Assembly: GCA_013239625.1 (NCBI GenBank)
Contig: MU053482.1
Location: 3,015,168 to 3,079,167 of the forward strand
DNA from: Lama guanicoe
Lineage: Eukaryota
Reading direction: 5' to 3'
DNA length: 64,000 bases
The notes beneath the pieces were generated by a model. The model ran no database searches and was not told the DNA's origin. It saw nothing but the letters and a program-made list of their open reading frames with translations. Shown in pieces: positions 1 through 13,287 of the stretch (position 1 is its first letter; each line of letters starts with the position of its first letter). A program made the position numbers and the translations under genes.

Positions 1-371
1 AGGCAAAGCCAGTCAGTTATTCAGTAACTTCTAAGTCAAAGAAATACAAAAGTGCATCTGTTGTGATTCTAAATACTTAGTATGTTTTATATTAGAAATA
101 TGTGGAAATTAGAGATTTATAAATAATGATATGTGACACTTATTTACTAAGTTAACTATAACATGCAGTCATCAGCATTTCCTAACTTTGCCTCCTCCAA
201 GCCAAAGCTAAATGAAATATCCCTGCTGGATATATAGATGAAAATGGTTGGAGGAATGAAGAAGTATGAGTGATGTCAGTTCAATACCTCCAAACAAAGG
301 TACTGGACAAAAAAAGCTCTCAGAAGTATGCCATGTAAATTGGAATTCACTTGGGGAATGGAATCATAATC

Positions 372-580
372 AGAGAATATGAACTTTGGAGTCAGGTAGA
401 ACTGAGTTTGAGTCCTGGCTCTGCAACTTACTAGCTAAGTGGTACAGATTCTCTCTAAGCCATAGTTCTTTCATCTTAAAATGGGAATAATATTCATTGA
501 GTTGGACTAGTTACAGTAAGCCAAATGTAGCATCTTTTACATAGTAAGAATTCAGTAAATATTAGCTGTCATTATTATTC
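372..580 (+). mobile_element. MIR SINE
   Basis: MIR motifs: ctttggagtcag...ctgagtttgagtcctggctctgcaacttactagct...catcttaaaatgggaataata...tcagtaaatattagctgtcattattatt. Confidence 0.8.
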
Positions 581-1279
581 CTATCACCTTCCTCTGGACT
601 TCTTTTCTTTACCATGTTCTATTAGATACACAGGCTTACATAAGAAGTATCAAGCACTGACATGAAAGACACAGATAAAAGATTTTAGTGTACTCATTTT
701 AGGGGGCAGGAGTAGGGGGCAGGGATAGGGAGCAGAATTACTGCTGAAGTCTGGTGACAGGAGGGTCATTGCTCAGGAGATGGAAAAGAAGATTCTGTGT
801 TCTCCATGCTTTAATGTTCATTTTCTGCTTCTCTCATCAGGACAGCTAGGTTTACAAAAATAACTTTTTTTCAGATTTTCAACAGATTTTATTACACCAT
901 CTCGAATATACTTGCCTTAGGCTTTTATATTTTTATATGGAAATGATACCTAGGTCTCAAATTTTATTTAGTCAGAAAAGCTAGTGGATGTTTGTCTAGA
1001 ATATATAAGCAAAAGTTAAAATTTAGCAAAAGAAGAATTAAGCAACTATAAAACCATGTAGACAGAAATATAGAATATATTTCTTCAAACTGAGAAATCA
1101 TGCTCTTCATCTCACATTCTTCCATATTATTTATTAAAATATAATTAGTTTAATTATTTTTATATTTTGAATTAGGTATAATCTGATGTACCTAACAATA
1201 CAAAAGATGATTTAAGCACTCCGGGTATGAAAAATTTTTCATTAATAATTAACAGTCCTAAAGAAATCTTCAAAACATC

Positions 1280-1592
1280 ACAGGTGAAATTCAAATACAC
1301 ACTACGCTTAGTGAAAGAAGACAGACATAAAGAACATATATTACTCCATTTATATAAAATCTCCAGAAAAGGAAAATTTATACAGACAGAAAGTATATAA
1401 GTGGTTGCCACAAAATGGGAAGCAATGGTAAATGGGCATGAAATTTCCTTCTGGAGTGACAGAAATGTCCTAAAATAAGATGGTGGTGATAGCTGTACAG
1501 CACTGTAAATATACTAATAGTCCCTGAAATGTAAACTTAAATGAATTTAGTGGTATATATAAATTATATTTCAATAAATTTATTAATAAAAA
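1280..1592 (+). mobile_element. Old L1 (L1MB/L1ME-type) 3' UTR fragment
   Basis: agtgaaagaagacagac...atttatacagacagaaagta...ggagtgacagaaatgtcctaaaa...aattatatttcaataaa. Confidence 0.7.
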
Positions 1593-2880
1593 TAAATCTT
1601 TTATGTGGCTGGATCTTGGAAAAGACACTGTAACATACTGAAAGAAATGAGAATTCTGAAAAAAAAAATCTATTTCTATAGAGAATAAGAGCCTGAATAG
1701 GGCTCTCGTGCTGAAGTAAGACCTAGCTCAATCAGTAAAACATCTTCAAAGTGTCATCTGCATGGGGGAGATCTTTGGAATTTGGGAAGGCAACACTTTA
1801 GGGTGCTTGAATTTAAGGAAACAGGGTGTTGCTTTTTCCTCACAGGATACACATAAACTACAGTGGGTACCCAAAGGAGAAAGTGTCAGCTCTCCTGGGA
1901 GGCATTTTGAGCATCAGTAACCAACAGATGTGCCTCAAAGACATAATGGGAGGGATTTGTCATACTTTGATAGACTCCAGGACACTCTCCAGATTACCTG
2001 GGTTATTAAGAACTGCAACAGGGTGACCCTAAAGTGCATGGGTCACTGAGGAGAAGGCATTAAATGATGGCTCATGGTGGAGGGGCCCATGGCTTTCACT
2101 GCTGCTCACTGCTATCGCTGGGAAAGAATAATGCAAGGGTATTCTATTTAGTTCCACTTCTGCTTTGACTATTGATTTTATCTTATTCTTTAATTATTTT
2201 TCTTCCAAAAGAAGCAATATTTAGACAAGAATCTCTGCTTTAAATTTTGAGCATATATTCTAGTTCTCAATTTAACAAACATGACCTTTGAATGAAAAGG
2301 ACTTGAGTAAACAAAGAGAAGCCTAATGTTACTCATTAACTGTGAAATGACTGCTCTATCAGTAATTAACTAATGGATTGATATTAGACAGTATGTTTCT
2401 TGAGGGTAAGGACCATGTGTTATTCATCTACAACTCTGCATCAAAGATAAGCATAGGGCTTGACATCTAATAAAATGTTTGCTGAACTGAGAATGAAACC
2501 ATCATATAAACAACAAACATACTGTAAATGTGAAAGATTATATTATTCTTCACCGTTAAAGTAACCCTAGCAATTTAAACCTAGCTGTTAAGGCACTACT
2601 TTCAAGAAAGGCTTCATAAGTTAAAGAAACATGAATTACAACTTATTAGAAGAAGAAAAAAGTGAGACGGAACTGTAGGCGGAAAAAACCCTAAATCTGT
2701 GGTGGCTGTGGTGTAACAAATTTCCAAAGATCTAAGATAGATAATGTTACAAGTGGAACATCTTTTACTCTAAGTAAAGCTCTAAAAGATGAACACTATG
2801 TTTCATCTGGGTCAATAAAGTATTCTGCTTAAGAGAACAGCAAGTATATATATACAATTATTTTTTCATCAAAAAGAAAA

Positions 2881-4613
2881 TGTATATGCTAAAACCCATA
2901 AACCACTAATATGGGAAATTGAAGATGATTCAAAGAAATGGAAAGATATCCCATGCTCTTGGATTGGAAGAATTAATATTGTTAAAATGGCCATACTATC
3001 CAAAGCAATCTAGATTTAATGCAATCTCTCTCAAAATATCCATGACATTTCCACAGAACTAGAACAAAGAATCCTAAAATTTACATGAAGCCACAAAAAA
3101 CCCAGAATTGCCAAAGCAATCTTGAGGAAAAAGAACAAAGCTGGAGGCATAACCTTTCCAGACTTCAGAGAACACTACAAAGCTACAGTAATAAAAACAG
3201 CATGGTACAGAGAGCCCAGAAATAAACCCATGCACCTACAGTTAATTTATGACAAAGAAAGCAAGAATAGACAGTGGAGTAAAGACAGTCTCTTTAACAA
3301 GTAATGTTGGGAAAACTTGACAGCTACATCTAAATCAATGAAATTAGAACATTCCCTCACACGATACACAAAAATAAACTCAAAATGGCTTAAAGATCTA
3401 AATATAAGACACGATATCATAAAACTCCTAGAAGAGAACATATGCAGAACATTCTCTGACATAAATTGTAGCAATATTTCCTTAGGTCAGTCTCCCAGGG
3501 CAACAGAAATAAAAGCAAAAATAAACAAATAGGACTTAATGAAACTTACAAGCCTTTACACAGCAAAGGAAACCATAAACAAAATGAAAAGACAACCTAT
3601 GGACTGGGAGAAAATATTTGCAAATAATGCAACCGACAAGGGCAAATTAAACCAATATACACAATCAGCTCATACAACTCAATAACAAAACAAACAACTC
3701 AATGAAAAAATGAGCAGAAGACCTAAATAGACAGTTTTTCAAAGAAGACATACAGATGGCCAACAGGCACATGAGAAAATGCTCAGCATCACTAATTATT
3801 AGAGAGATGCAAATCAAAACCACAGTGAGGTATCACCTCAAACCGGGCAGAATGGCTATCATCAAAAGTCTACAAATAACAAATGCTGGAGAGGGTATAA
3901 AGAAAAGGGAATCCTCCTACATTGTTGGTGGGAATGTAAATTGGTGCAGCCATGATGGAGTACAGTATGCAGGTTTCTTAAAAAACTAAAATTAGAGCTA
4001 CCATATGATCCAGCAATTCCACTCCTGGCCATATATCCAGAAGAAATGAAAATTATAATTTGACATGCACCCCTGTGTTCATAACAACACTATTTACAAC
4101 AGCCAAGACATGGAAACAACTCAAGTGCCCATCAACAGATGACTTGCTTAAGAAGATGTGGTATATATACACACAATGGAATACTACTCAGCTATAAAAA
4201 AGAATTAATCATTGCTATTTGTAGCAACATGGATGGACCTAGAGAATATTATACTTAGTGAAGTAAGTCAGATAGAGAAAGCCAAATACAATGTGGTATC
4301 ATTTATGTGTGGAACCTAAAAATAATACAAATAAATCTGTATACAAAACAGAAACAGGCTTACAGACATAGAAAACAAAATTATGGGTACCAAAGGGTAG
4401 AGGGAGGGAGGAAGGGACACATTAGGGGTACAGGATTAACAGATACAAACTACTATATATAAAACAGATAAGCAACAAAGATTTACTGTGTAGTATAGGG
4501 AATTATATTCAATATCTTGCCATATCAATAAAATCTGAAAAAAACTGAATTACTTTTCTGTACATCTGAAGCTAACACAGTACTGTAAATCAGTTATACT
4601 TCAATTAAAAAAA
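2881..4613 (+). mobile_element. 5'-truncated L1: ORF2 C-terminal part, 3' UTR and A tail; disrupted
   Basis: ORF fragments [26 protein letters not shown] and [16 protein letters not shown], with stops and frameshifts. The 3' end is tacttcaattaaaaaaa. Confidence 0.93.
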
Positions 4614-5689
4614 TAGACGATTTACCTCGGGAGAAAAAAAAAAAAAAGAAAAAATAGACACCTGATCCATCATCTCTTCTATCTCCTCACCCAGAGCAGG
4701 CTTTAACTTCCACTATTTGCAAAATTACATATACACACATGCAGTCATTAAAAATAATTTGGCATTTATACTATATACTAATTAGGCCTGTGGGAGGATC
4801 TCCAAGATGTACTAAGTGAAAAAAAGCAAGATGAGAAAACAGTGTGAATGGTTTGATCACTTTTAAAAAAGAAAATTTTATCTGTCTATTCTGGCAATAC
4901 ACAACATTTTTCCCCCAGGAAGAAATCAACTGTCTGAAGAAATTCGTATCTTTCTGTACTATCTGAATTTTCTAACCATGTATATGTACTACTTTGGGAA
5001 AATGTCCATCTGGCTGATGTAACTGTGGACCAGTTTAATTTCTTGTTTATTATTTACTGTATTGTAAAGACTAATAAAAGTTCCTAGTGGCCACATCAAG
5101 GTTTTGTTCATACTGCTGCGCAAGATATTGCCTGGTATAGTAACTTTTTAGGTTGAGATGCTCAACAAACTTTCATTGCATTGAAAAAAAAAAAAGACTA
5201 ATAAATTTTACTAAATATTTTCAACATAAGTTTAAACAAGACAAGCAGTTGAGTCCATTCACTGAAGCAATGATGAGCAAGGCCCAGGAGTTTATATTCT
5301 CTGAACAGTATGAGGATGGCTCATTTGCAGTCTGTGGCCAGAACAATGCAATTTACATCTACAGAATTTTCCTGAAACAATAGATCCACTATGCACCAGA
5401 AATAATTTTCCCATAAGACAGAAATTTACAAAGTATCTAAGACTCAGTATGATCCACTGCCTAACCTTTCCCAGTTGATTATCAACATAGTACCTCTTTC
5501 CTCCAAATCTACCTTCCTTTGCCTTGCTTTGTGGTATTGGAGATAAACCTATAAACATTTCTCCTTGGCCAGACAGCACAATTTTAAGCCTTGTTAGAAG
5601 GGAGACTGCAGTATGAACTCTTCCTGGTTCTGGTGTGCTTCTTCCTTCTTGTTCCTGTGGCATGTACCTGCCAGTCATGTGTGGAATGC

Positions 5690-6127
5690 CTAGATGTGCT
5701 CATCATTTTGCAAGTTTCAGTGTATCCCAGAGACGGTGGCATCCTACCAAGTTTCACTGGCACTCTAGTGAGTAGATTCCTAGCAAGTCTTGCCAGAACT
5801 TCAATAGGCAGTTCCCTGCTTCTTAGCCTAAGTCTGTGGCACCTCAGTGAATTTCACCTTGGTGCCATCCAGTGCTCACAGCAACATGTCTCCAACAAGA
5901 TTTTCTTGGGGAGTGGCCCTCTCCCAAATTTATTCCTTTCTTGGCTACTTTGCCTGAGCCTTAGAGATAGTAGCTGCTCCCCTTATCTGCTATTCCTGCA
6001 TTCTTTAAAATTCTCTCTACTTCTTAGTAGTTAATCCCCTGTTACTACTTAATAACTCCTTATGTTAAATTTTTCTTGTTTGTATTACTTATATGGTTTC
6101 TTGCTCCTGACGAACTTGACTAATTCA
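5690..6127 (+). mobile_element. ERVL-type LTR fragment
   Basis: Ends ggtttcttgctcctgacgaacttgactaattca, resembling the ERVL LTR terminus ...ccctgactgataca. The 5' limit is uncertain. Confidence 0.5.
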
Positions 6128-6293
6128 TGCCCAAATGAAATTAAACCAAATAAAATCAAGCCAAGCTAACAACAAAGAATTAAACCTATAAACCCATCAT
6201 AAAACATAAATTTGTATTATTAAGCTTGATAATAGAGAGAAAGCATGGCATATAGCTCAACTTGTTAATTAACTGCATTAAAAACCCCCACAG

Positions 6294-6901
6294 TGTGATG
6301 GTTGTGTATTGGGTAAACTAAGCTAAACTACAGCTTTATTTCCCAGAATTCTCTTTCCTCTATGATTGCAGGTTAAGGTTGACCACAAGACAAATCTAAG
6401 ATTTGGAAGGCAAAAATGAAGCAGTAGCCATTACACTCTGAAGGTCAGTATAGAATGCCAGGCACTGCTGCATCTCATACACTTTGTCACTGATCTGCTG
6501 GATCACCTTGATGTGTGGAAAGAACTGAGCTCACACTTCCTCTAGTTCCTGCTGGATCTTCCTTTAGCTTCCCCTAGTCCAGGGTCAGGCACATGTATGG
6601 CCAAGAGCACTGCTTCTTTTTTCAGGCCATGTGCTTTCTTGAGGTTGGAGGAAGTAAGAAATATATACAGGGTGTAGTTTGTCCTTGTTCTTCTTTGTGT
6701 CACATCCAGCTTTTCTTCCTGACTGCTGCCCTGATGACTTGACCTATAGGGTCAGGCCCACAGGCAGACCCTAATTCAAAGCTTTTCATAAACTTCTTCC
6801 CTAGCTTCCATAACAATATAAAAGCTGGTCCCTGTAATAGATTCCTTACTTCCTATCACTCATGGTGCTTTTGCTGTGATGATCAAACCCTCACTAATAC
6901 A
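6294..6901 (+). mobile_element. Solo ERVL-type LTR (LTR41/LTR33-like)
   Basis: Starts TGTGATGG and ends ccctcactaataCA. Contains tttcccagaattc...gaccacaaga...agatttggaaggc...gaagcagtagccatt. 5-bp TSD cacag (6289-6293) / cactg (6902-6906). Confidence 0.75.
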
Positions 6902-8171
6902 CACTGTAAAGTGGATAAACGTTCCAGCTTTAAAAAAAAGATCTTAAGTAATCTAGATCCTTCAGCAAATGAATTTTCTACTGTCAATTCTTATTTTCCC
7001 TATGTTTCTTCTTATTTATTTCTACCTAATATCTAAGTTTAAAAATATCTTAGATATTAGAGTGAAAAATTGTTAAAACATCATTTTCTTTAACAAATGC
7101 CCATGGGAGGGCCCATAAGGAGGATAGTTAGAACCAAGCTTTCTGGCTTCAGAAGACTAGTATGCATACATCTAAGGAAAACTAGAGTGGGCCTGGAGAT
7201 GGGCTTAAGCTGAGGAGGGAAGACCAAAGACGATGCTCCAGCTGGTTGTCATTAGTTTCTAAACCCACATTCATTTACTTCACATTTTTAAGATTTGCCC
7301 TTGTTTCTTAAGCACGCTCAGTATGACCTGTCAGTTCTCAGAAGTGTGAGACTCATAAATTCCATTTTTTGTTTTAGAAGAGGATGGGAAGGTAAGTAAG
7401 GAGAAAAAGGAATGTGCAATGACTCAGCAGCAGAGAAAGAGATCCTGATTATGGAGAACCTTGGAGAACCTTTGAGTTAAGATCTTTAATTCCAAGACCG
7501 TGGACAAAATATTTGAAGTAAAGCTTTTTAAAAACTGATCTTCTCAATAAATATTTATTGAGGACCTATTAGTTGCAGGCAGGTAGCGAGGCCTCATCAA
7601 TTAGAAATAGATGAAATGAAACGGATGCGCAGAACAAAAACAGCAACAGAACACTGTCAGCGTTTAAGGGCACGAATCTCTCCATGGCTAGGACTCTAGT
7701 TGAAGCACCTGATTTGGTGCCTAGTTCTCTACTAAAACAGATCTGAATATTTGATAATCTCTCTTGACTTAGAGCCCAGGAAATACAGAGTAGCTTAAGC
7801 TACAAGCACTTCCATACCACCTTCCTGAAGTCCTGGACCTCCTGAAGTGAACGGCATGTAGCTGAACAGTGAGGCAGCCTGGCTGCCACAGGTTTACTAT
7901 TTCCTACTGTACATTTCAGAAGGACGGATTCAATGTGCTGTTCAGAGTGTGGCTATTTAATTCCTTACAAGTCTTTTACAGGAAAAGAGAGAATAAGAAT
8001 TTGCTGGGTTTGTCTGTCATAAGAACTAATCTCTTTATGAAAAGGCATGGATTGGAGAACTACAATAAATGACAGAATTAAGAAAATCACTGAACATTCC
8101 AGAAAATTTTCTGAAGGTTCACAGAAATTGCCAATGAAGTTAAACTCTAATTCCTGCCCCCATTTATTTAT

Positions 8172-8370
8172 TTAGTTTGTTCATTCATTCATCCATTCAA
8201 CAAAGATTTACTGACTGACATTGGGATATAACAATGAACATGAGAGACAATATCCTAGCCTTGTGAAATCTACTTTCTGTAGTGGGGAAAACGGTCAAAG
8301 GTAAACTAATCAATACGTAACAGTTTCAGGTGTTATAAAGTACTATAAAGAAAAACGAAGTAGGAATGGA
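8172..8370 (-). mobile_element. L2 3'-end fragment
   Basis: ttcattcattcatccattcaacaaagatttactga...aatgaacatgagagaca, the reverse complement of the L2 3' end. Confidence 0.65.
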
Positions 8371-8543
8371 ATGGTGGGTTTTAGCTTACAGGATGAACAT
8401 TATGTATTACATTTCTTATACATAATGTGCAATAAGTGCTGTAATAAATTTAACCACAGATATGTCTTAGATATACAAAGGGGACAGGATTCATGTAGTC
8501 TCATGATAAATCAAACTGAATACATTTATATATTGTACAATCA

Positions 8544-8669
<126 letters not shown>

Positions 8670-8987
8670 TTATTAGGACGTTTACCAGAAATCATAAATA
8701 TATGGAAACAAAAATTTATGATATATTATTTACTGCCCTATAGGGTTTTTACTTTTATTTCAAATTGTCTATAATGTTTACCTAGGTAAGTTTGAAAAGA
8801 GAAGTTTAAAAAAAAAGTCCTTGAAGCACATCCTTTTAGAAATGATAAAAAAATACATTTGAGAAAGATATTTTCATACACTATTGGTGAGCAGCTACTT
8901 TTACTTTCCTGTTTTACAAAAATGGTGTTAAGAGCTGTGCAATTTGTCTTAAAAATTTTTGGAGGGGATTTTTAGTATATTTAAGTA

Positions 8988-9095
8988 CTGTATTTCATTG
9001 AATCTAAGATAGGCACTTTTACCCACATTTTAACTTCTCTGAGACTGGAATGCATGCTATAATTGGTTGGAAATATTTTTTCTCAGTGTTACAAA
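8988..9095 (+). mobile_element. MER104-like (TcMar-Tc2) DNA transposon relic, partial
   Basis: (ta)ctgtatttcattgaatctaagat...cacattttaacttctctga...ggaatgcat resembles the MER104 left half. Confidence 0.5.
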
Positions 9096-10899
9096 GGATT
9101 TATATGTAAAATTTTGTTATTGATCAGGTGAGAAATATCACTGATGCCAAAAACCCCTTGGATGAAACATTGCTGGGGAACAGGACAGCCAGAAAATCTC
9201 ACTGGGAAGGTAAAATGGTGCAGCTGCTAGGAAAACAGTACGGCAGTCCCTCAAAAATTGAAAAATAGAATTACCCTATGATCGACCTATTTTATTTTCT
9301 GGGTATATATCCAAAACAACAACTTTAACAGCCGTAGGGGGGCCATGACCTGGAACAATGCCCAAGGGCAGCAAAAGCTGCAACTGGCCTCCTCCTTAGA
9401 GACTGAGGTACAGTAATTACAGCCTCGGCTTTAGACAATATAACTATGTCCATCAAAATGCAAATTCATCAGCCATCAGTTATTCATATGTTTGTATGAA
9501 TTGATTTTAAATTATTCTAATGCAATTCCTTCACTTTTCAGATGAGAAAAAAGGGCCTAGAAGTCAGACAGTACTGGAATTTGGATTTATCTACCTATTA
9601 GCCTGGTGCTTTTTCTTCTAAACACCACCTTTTGTTCTTGATTGCTTTTCTCATATTCTTGGGGTGAAGGGTATGAGTTTTCTGAGCTTCCAGCACTAAT
9701 TTTGGAGTGTGAGGGAGGGAGGACAGGAAGAATAGGCCTCAACAGGAGAGCAGTTGGAGGCTTAGAGCAATGAAAGGGCACTGGTGCCAGGGACAAAGTT
9801 TCCAGAAAGTAGGAGGAAGGGTCAGAAGGCAAAGTGAAAATACATCACAGACGTCCTTGGCCTACTTCAAAATACTACTCAGGCTTGGGAGGGCTAAGGG
9901 TGGAAGTGGGGAGGATGTAGTACTGCCTTGAGGGAAAAAAGGAGGAAACTTCCTTTCATAAGTCATGGCCCAAAGGTGGGCATCTCCTCTAATGCTAGTC
10001 TTGCCTAGCATGAGTACAACTGGTATTACGATCTGCTGAAAGAGTTCTTGACTGAATTTCATGCATTTTCAACTCTGACAAACACCGCCATAGAAAACAT
10101 TGGATGTTCAACTCCAGAGAATACTGAAACAATACTGGGTTACAAGACAAATCTCTGCAATAAAGAATCATTCTCATATAGCTGAAATTCTCTGACCGCC
10201 CCCCTCCCAAAACAACCAAAGGCCGTGTAGCTGTAAAGGAAAGGAAGCTGCTTGAGGAGTTATGACATCCCAATGGGTAGTTTAATGAATCTTGGTAGAG
10301 GAGGACCAGATGAATACTAAGATTTTATGCAATACTTTGATTCTATAATAATTACAAAGGATCCAAGTACACTAAGGAGGAAAATCCAAGAGAGAAGAGA
10401 GATGAAAAAGGAAGGTCACTGGTACAGAAAGGTCTCTGACATGTGGCTGCTAGTCAATATGGGCCCCATTTCCAAGGGGGAAATAGCTCATTTCCAAGAA
10501 AAGCAAATAAACAGAATTTATATTAATCATCAAAATCCCTGAATATATCAGCAAATATTACATATTAGGAGAGAGAAGCTTGGCACTACAGGGAAGACTG
10601 AGACCTACCTTAGAGGTTTCTATGGGGGTAGCCAGTGGGGGGTGGGGGTGGGGAGCATCCTCAGACTGTTCTGCAAATGCTAGTTTTTATGGAGTATTGA
10701 CAGCTGATACTTGAGGAGAAGTAGAGGAAATGCTGGTTAAACAAAATAAAACAAAATGTTTTTGTTTGTTTAAAAAAAACTGTAGAACTTCAAAGGATTT
10801 TCAACTGTGACTGTATGAAGGGAATTTGGTAAGCAGTGTTTCCAACCTAATTTGACAATGAACTATTTCTTAGAAAGCAATTGAAAAAATGATTTACTA

Positions 10900-12380
10900 T
10901 CAAAAAAAAAAATTCTGAGAGCATTCCAACCAAAAGATCATTTAAAAACTTAGTTACGGGCTTTTATTCCTTGACATGGTGGATTTCATATTCTGACAGG
11001 CATTTTTGCTGAAAACAAAAAATGCTAGATAATATATTTAAAAATCTTTATTGCAAAGCAATGAACTGGCAAGAAAGTAAGGAATACTCAGCCCAAAATG
11101 TAAGTTAAGTGGGAACTTGGAGACATAAACAGAGCACTGAAGTGGATTTTATTTCAGAAACAGTTGGCGAACAAAGTAAATTTGAGTATTAGTTTTGAAC
11201 AACTCAAAGGACCCAAAAGAAAGAGACAAAACCCAGTGCTTGCTAAAGGTAGGAGAACTACTATAAGGCTGGGCTCCTTAGGGCCACCTAGAACACCAAT
11301 GGAAAGTCTGAGATATAAAAAGATAACTTAGCAAGGGAAGTGATAAATATGTGAGTGAACTAATCAAACACTGACTATACAAAAAATGAAAATAATGTCT
11401 TTTGATATTAAATAAAAATAAGATACAACTAAAATTACAACCACAGTAGCACAGATATTGTAAGGTGGTGCTGGATTTTGATAAATTAAGTAAGCCTTTA
11501 CATTTTTCTGTATTATTGCCAAAGGAATAGAAACAGAATGGGCTACAACTTCTAAACTAGTGGAGGAAAAAGTGGACTAAGAGAAAAACAAACACAAAAA
11601 CCTACAAGCCAACAGAAAGCAAGAGAAAGGAAAAGGAACCCAGAAAAAGAAAACAATATGAAAAGAACAAATTAAGATGGTAGGAATAAACTAAAAAAAG
11701 AAAAAAAACAAACACCCCCCCCAAAAAACAGAAACAGACCAAATATTCTGGTTAAAACCACAAAAATTGTAAATGAATTAAAAAACTAGAATTCAAATAT
11801 TTGTTGTTTAAAAAGATGTATCTATTACTTAAGGATACACAAAAGGATGGAAAAAGATGTATCACAAAAAATATCAAATGAAGCTGAGATTATATTAATA
11901 ATCACAAAAAATAAACTTAAGGTAAAAAGCATTACTAAATAAAAAGAAGTATTATATAAAATAGCTCAATTTACCAGAAAGATGTAACAGTTTTAAATGG
12001 GCATAAACTTAATAAATAACTTAGTCTCAAAACACATAAAGCAAATAATGACAGACATATAAAGAAAAATAGATAAATCCACAATTGCATTGAAAGATTT
12101 TAATATATCTCTCACTAATTAATAGATCAAACAGGTAGAGAAATCAATAATCCTATAGAAGATTTTTAAAAAGTGCAAGTGAAAATATACAGAACACTAT
12201 ATACAAAAACCTACTTGATCTATTTATACTCCAACACTGTACCCAAAACTGTTCACATGGATTTAGAAAATCTGACTTTATACTAGGCCACAAGGTAAGT
12301 CTCAGTAAATTCTAAAAGATTAATATTATATAGACATGGCTGTCAGACCATAGTACAATTAAGTTAGAAATCAGTAATAC
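10900..12380 (+). mobile_element. Highly degraded ancient L1 (5' region and ORF2 endonuclease region)
   Basis: A-rich, with L1-like remnants such as aaatagataaatccacaatt...agattttaatatatctctc and catagtacaattaagttagaaatcagtaa. Confidence 0.6.
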
Positions 12381-13287
12381 AAGTAAGATACTTAAAATTG
12401 TACCCAGCACATAGCAAGTACTCAATACGGGATACAGTTACTACCACTGAAGCTGCGATATGCACACACTAATGTTTAGTATACAGCACACTGTATAACT
12501 ATTTTTCTTTCTCTTTACTAAACTATTAGCTCTTTGATTGTATTTTTATAGTAGTAAATAAGAAGCAGTATCGATATTTATGGAAAGTTACCAAGTGATT
12601 TGTGCCTTTTTCAGAATGTCACAAAGCAGAAAGATCAGTAGAAACAAATCTTGCCAGGTCTTAGACATCTAGAATGAGCACTGAGAGTAATTAGCAGGTT
12701 ATTCCTTTGAAAGACAATTTCAATTCATTCAAAGAATATTTATTATCTACTTTATGGTAGGCCTTTTATAGCTAACAAACTCAGGAAACTATCACAAGAG
12801 GTGACACAGAGGACAAATGAGAGCACATTTTAAGGGTTGAGAAAAATTCATGGCTGAATGGAACATATATATGAGGGACAACCATGTTCATTCGTGATGT
12901 GTCTTTGGGCGTGATTGCTGAAGTCAGGTTACTGGTTGGATAGATCTTAAGTTACATCAAATGACCTTTGGTTTTAAATTCAAGGACATGAGTTTCAGAT
13001 ATAAAAAGAATGACTACTAGAACTATCTGAGTAATGTCACTCAGCCTCACCTTTTGAAATGAGCATGTACCACAGAGAAGAGAAGAAGAGAAGGGAGGAG
13101 AGGAGGAGAAAGGAAGATGGGGTAGAGGGAGAGAGAAAGACAGACAGACAAAGGGTAGGGAGCAGGGAAAGAGAATGAATCAGTGAGAACTCCCTTCAAA
13201 GGCATGAGAAAATCAATTGAGAGATGACTTTGAAGGTAGTCATTACCTTGGAGTCACTTTTAAGTTTTTATTTTAAAATAAAGTCAG

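Noticed and set aside
5292..6034. 128-aa and 147-aa ORFs
   Set aside because: No recognisable protein similarity; they overlap LTR-like repeat sequence.
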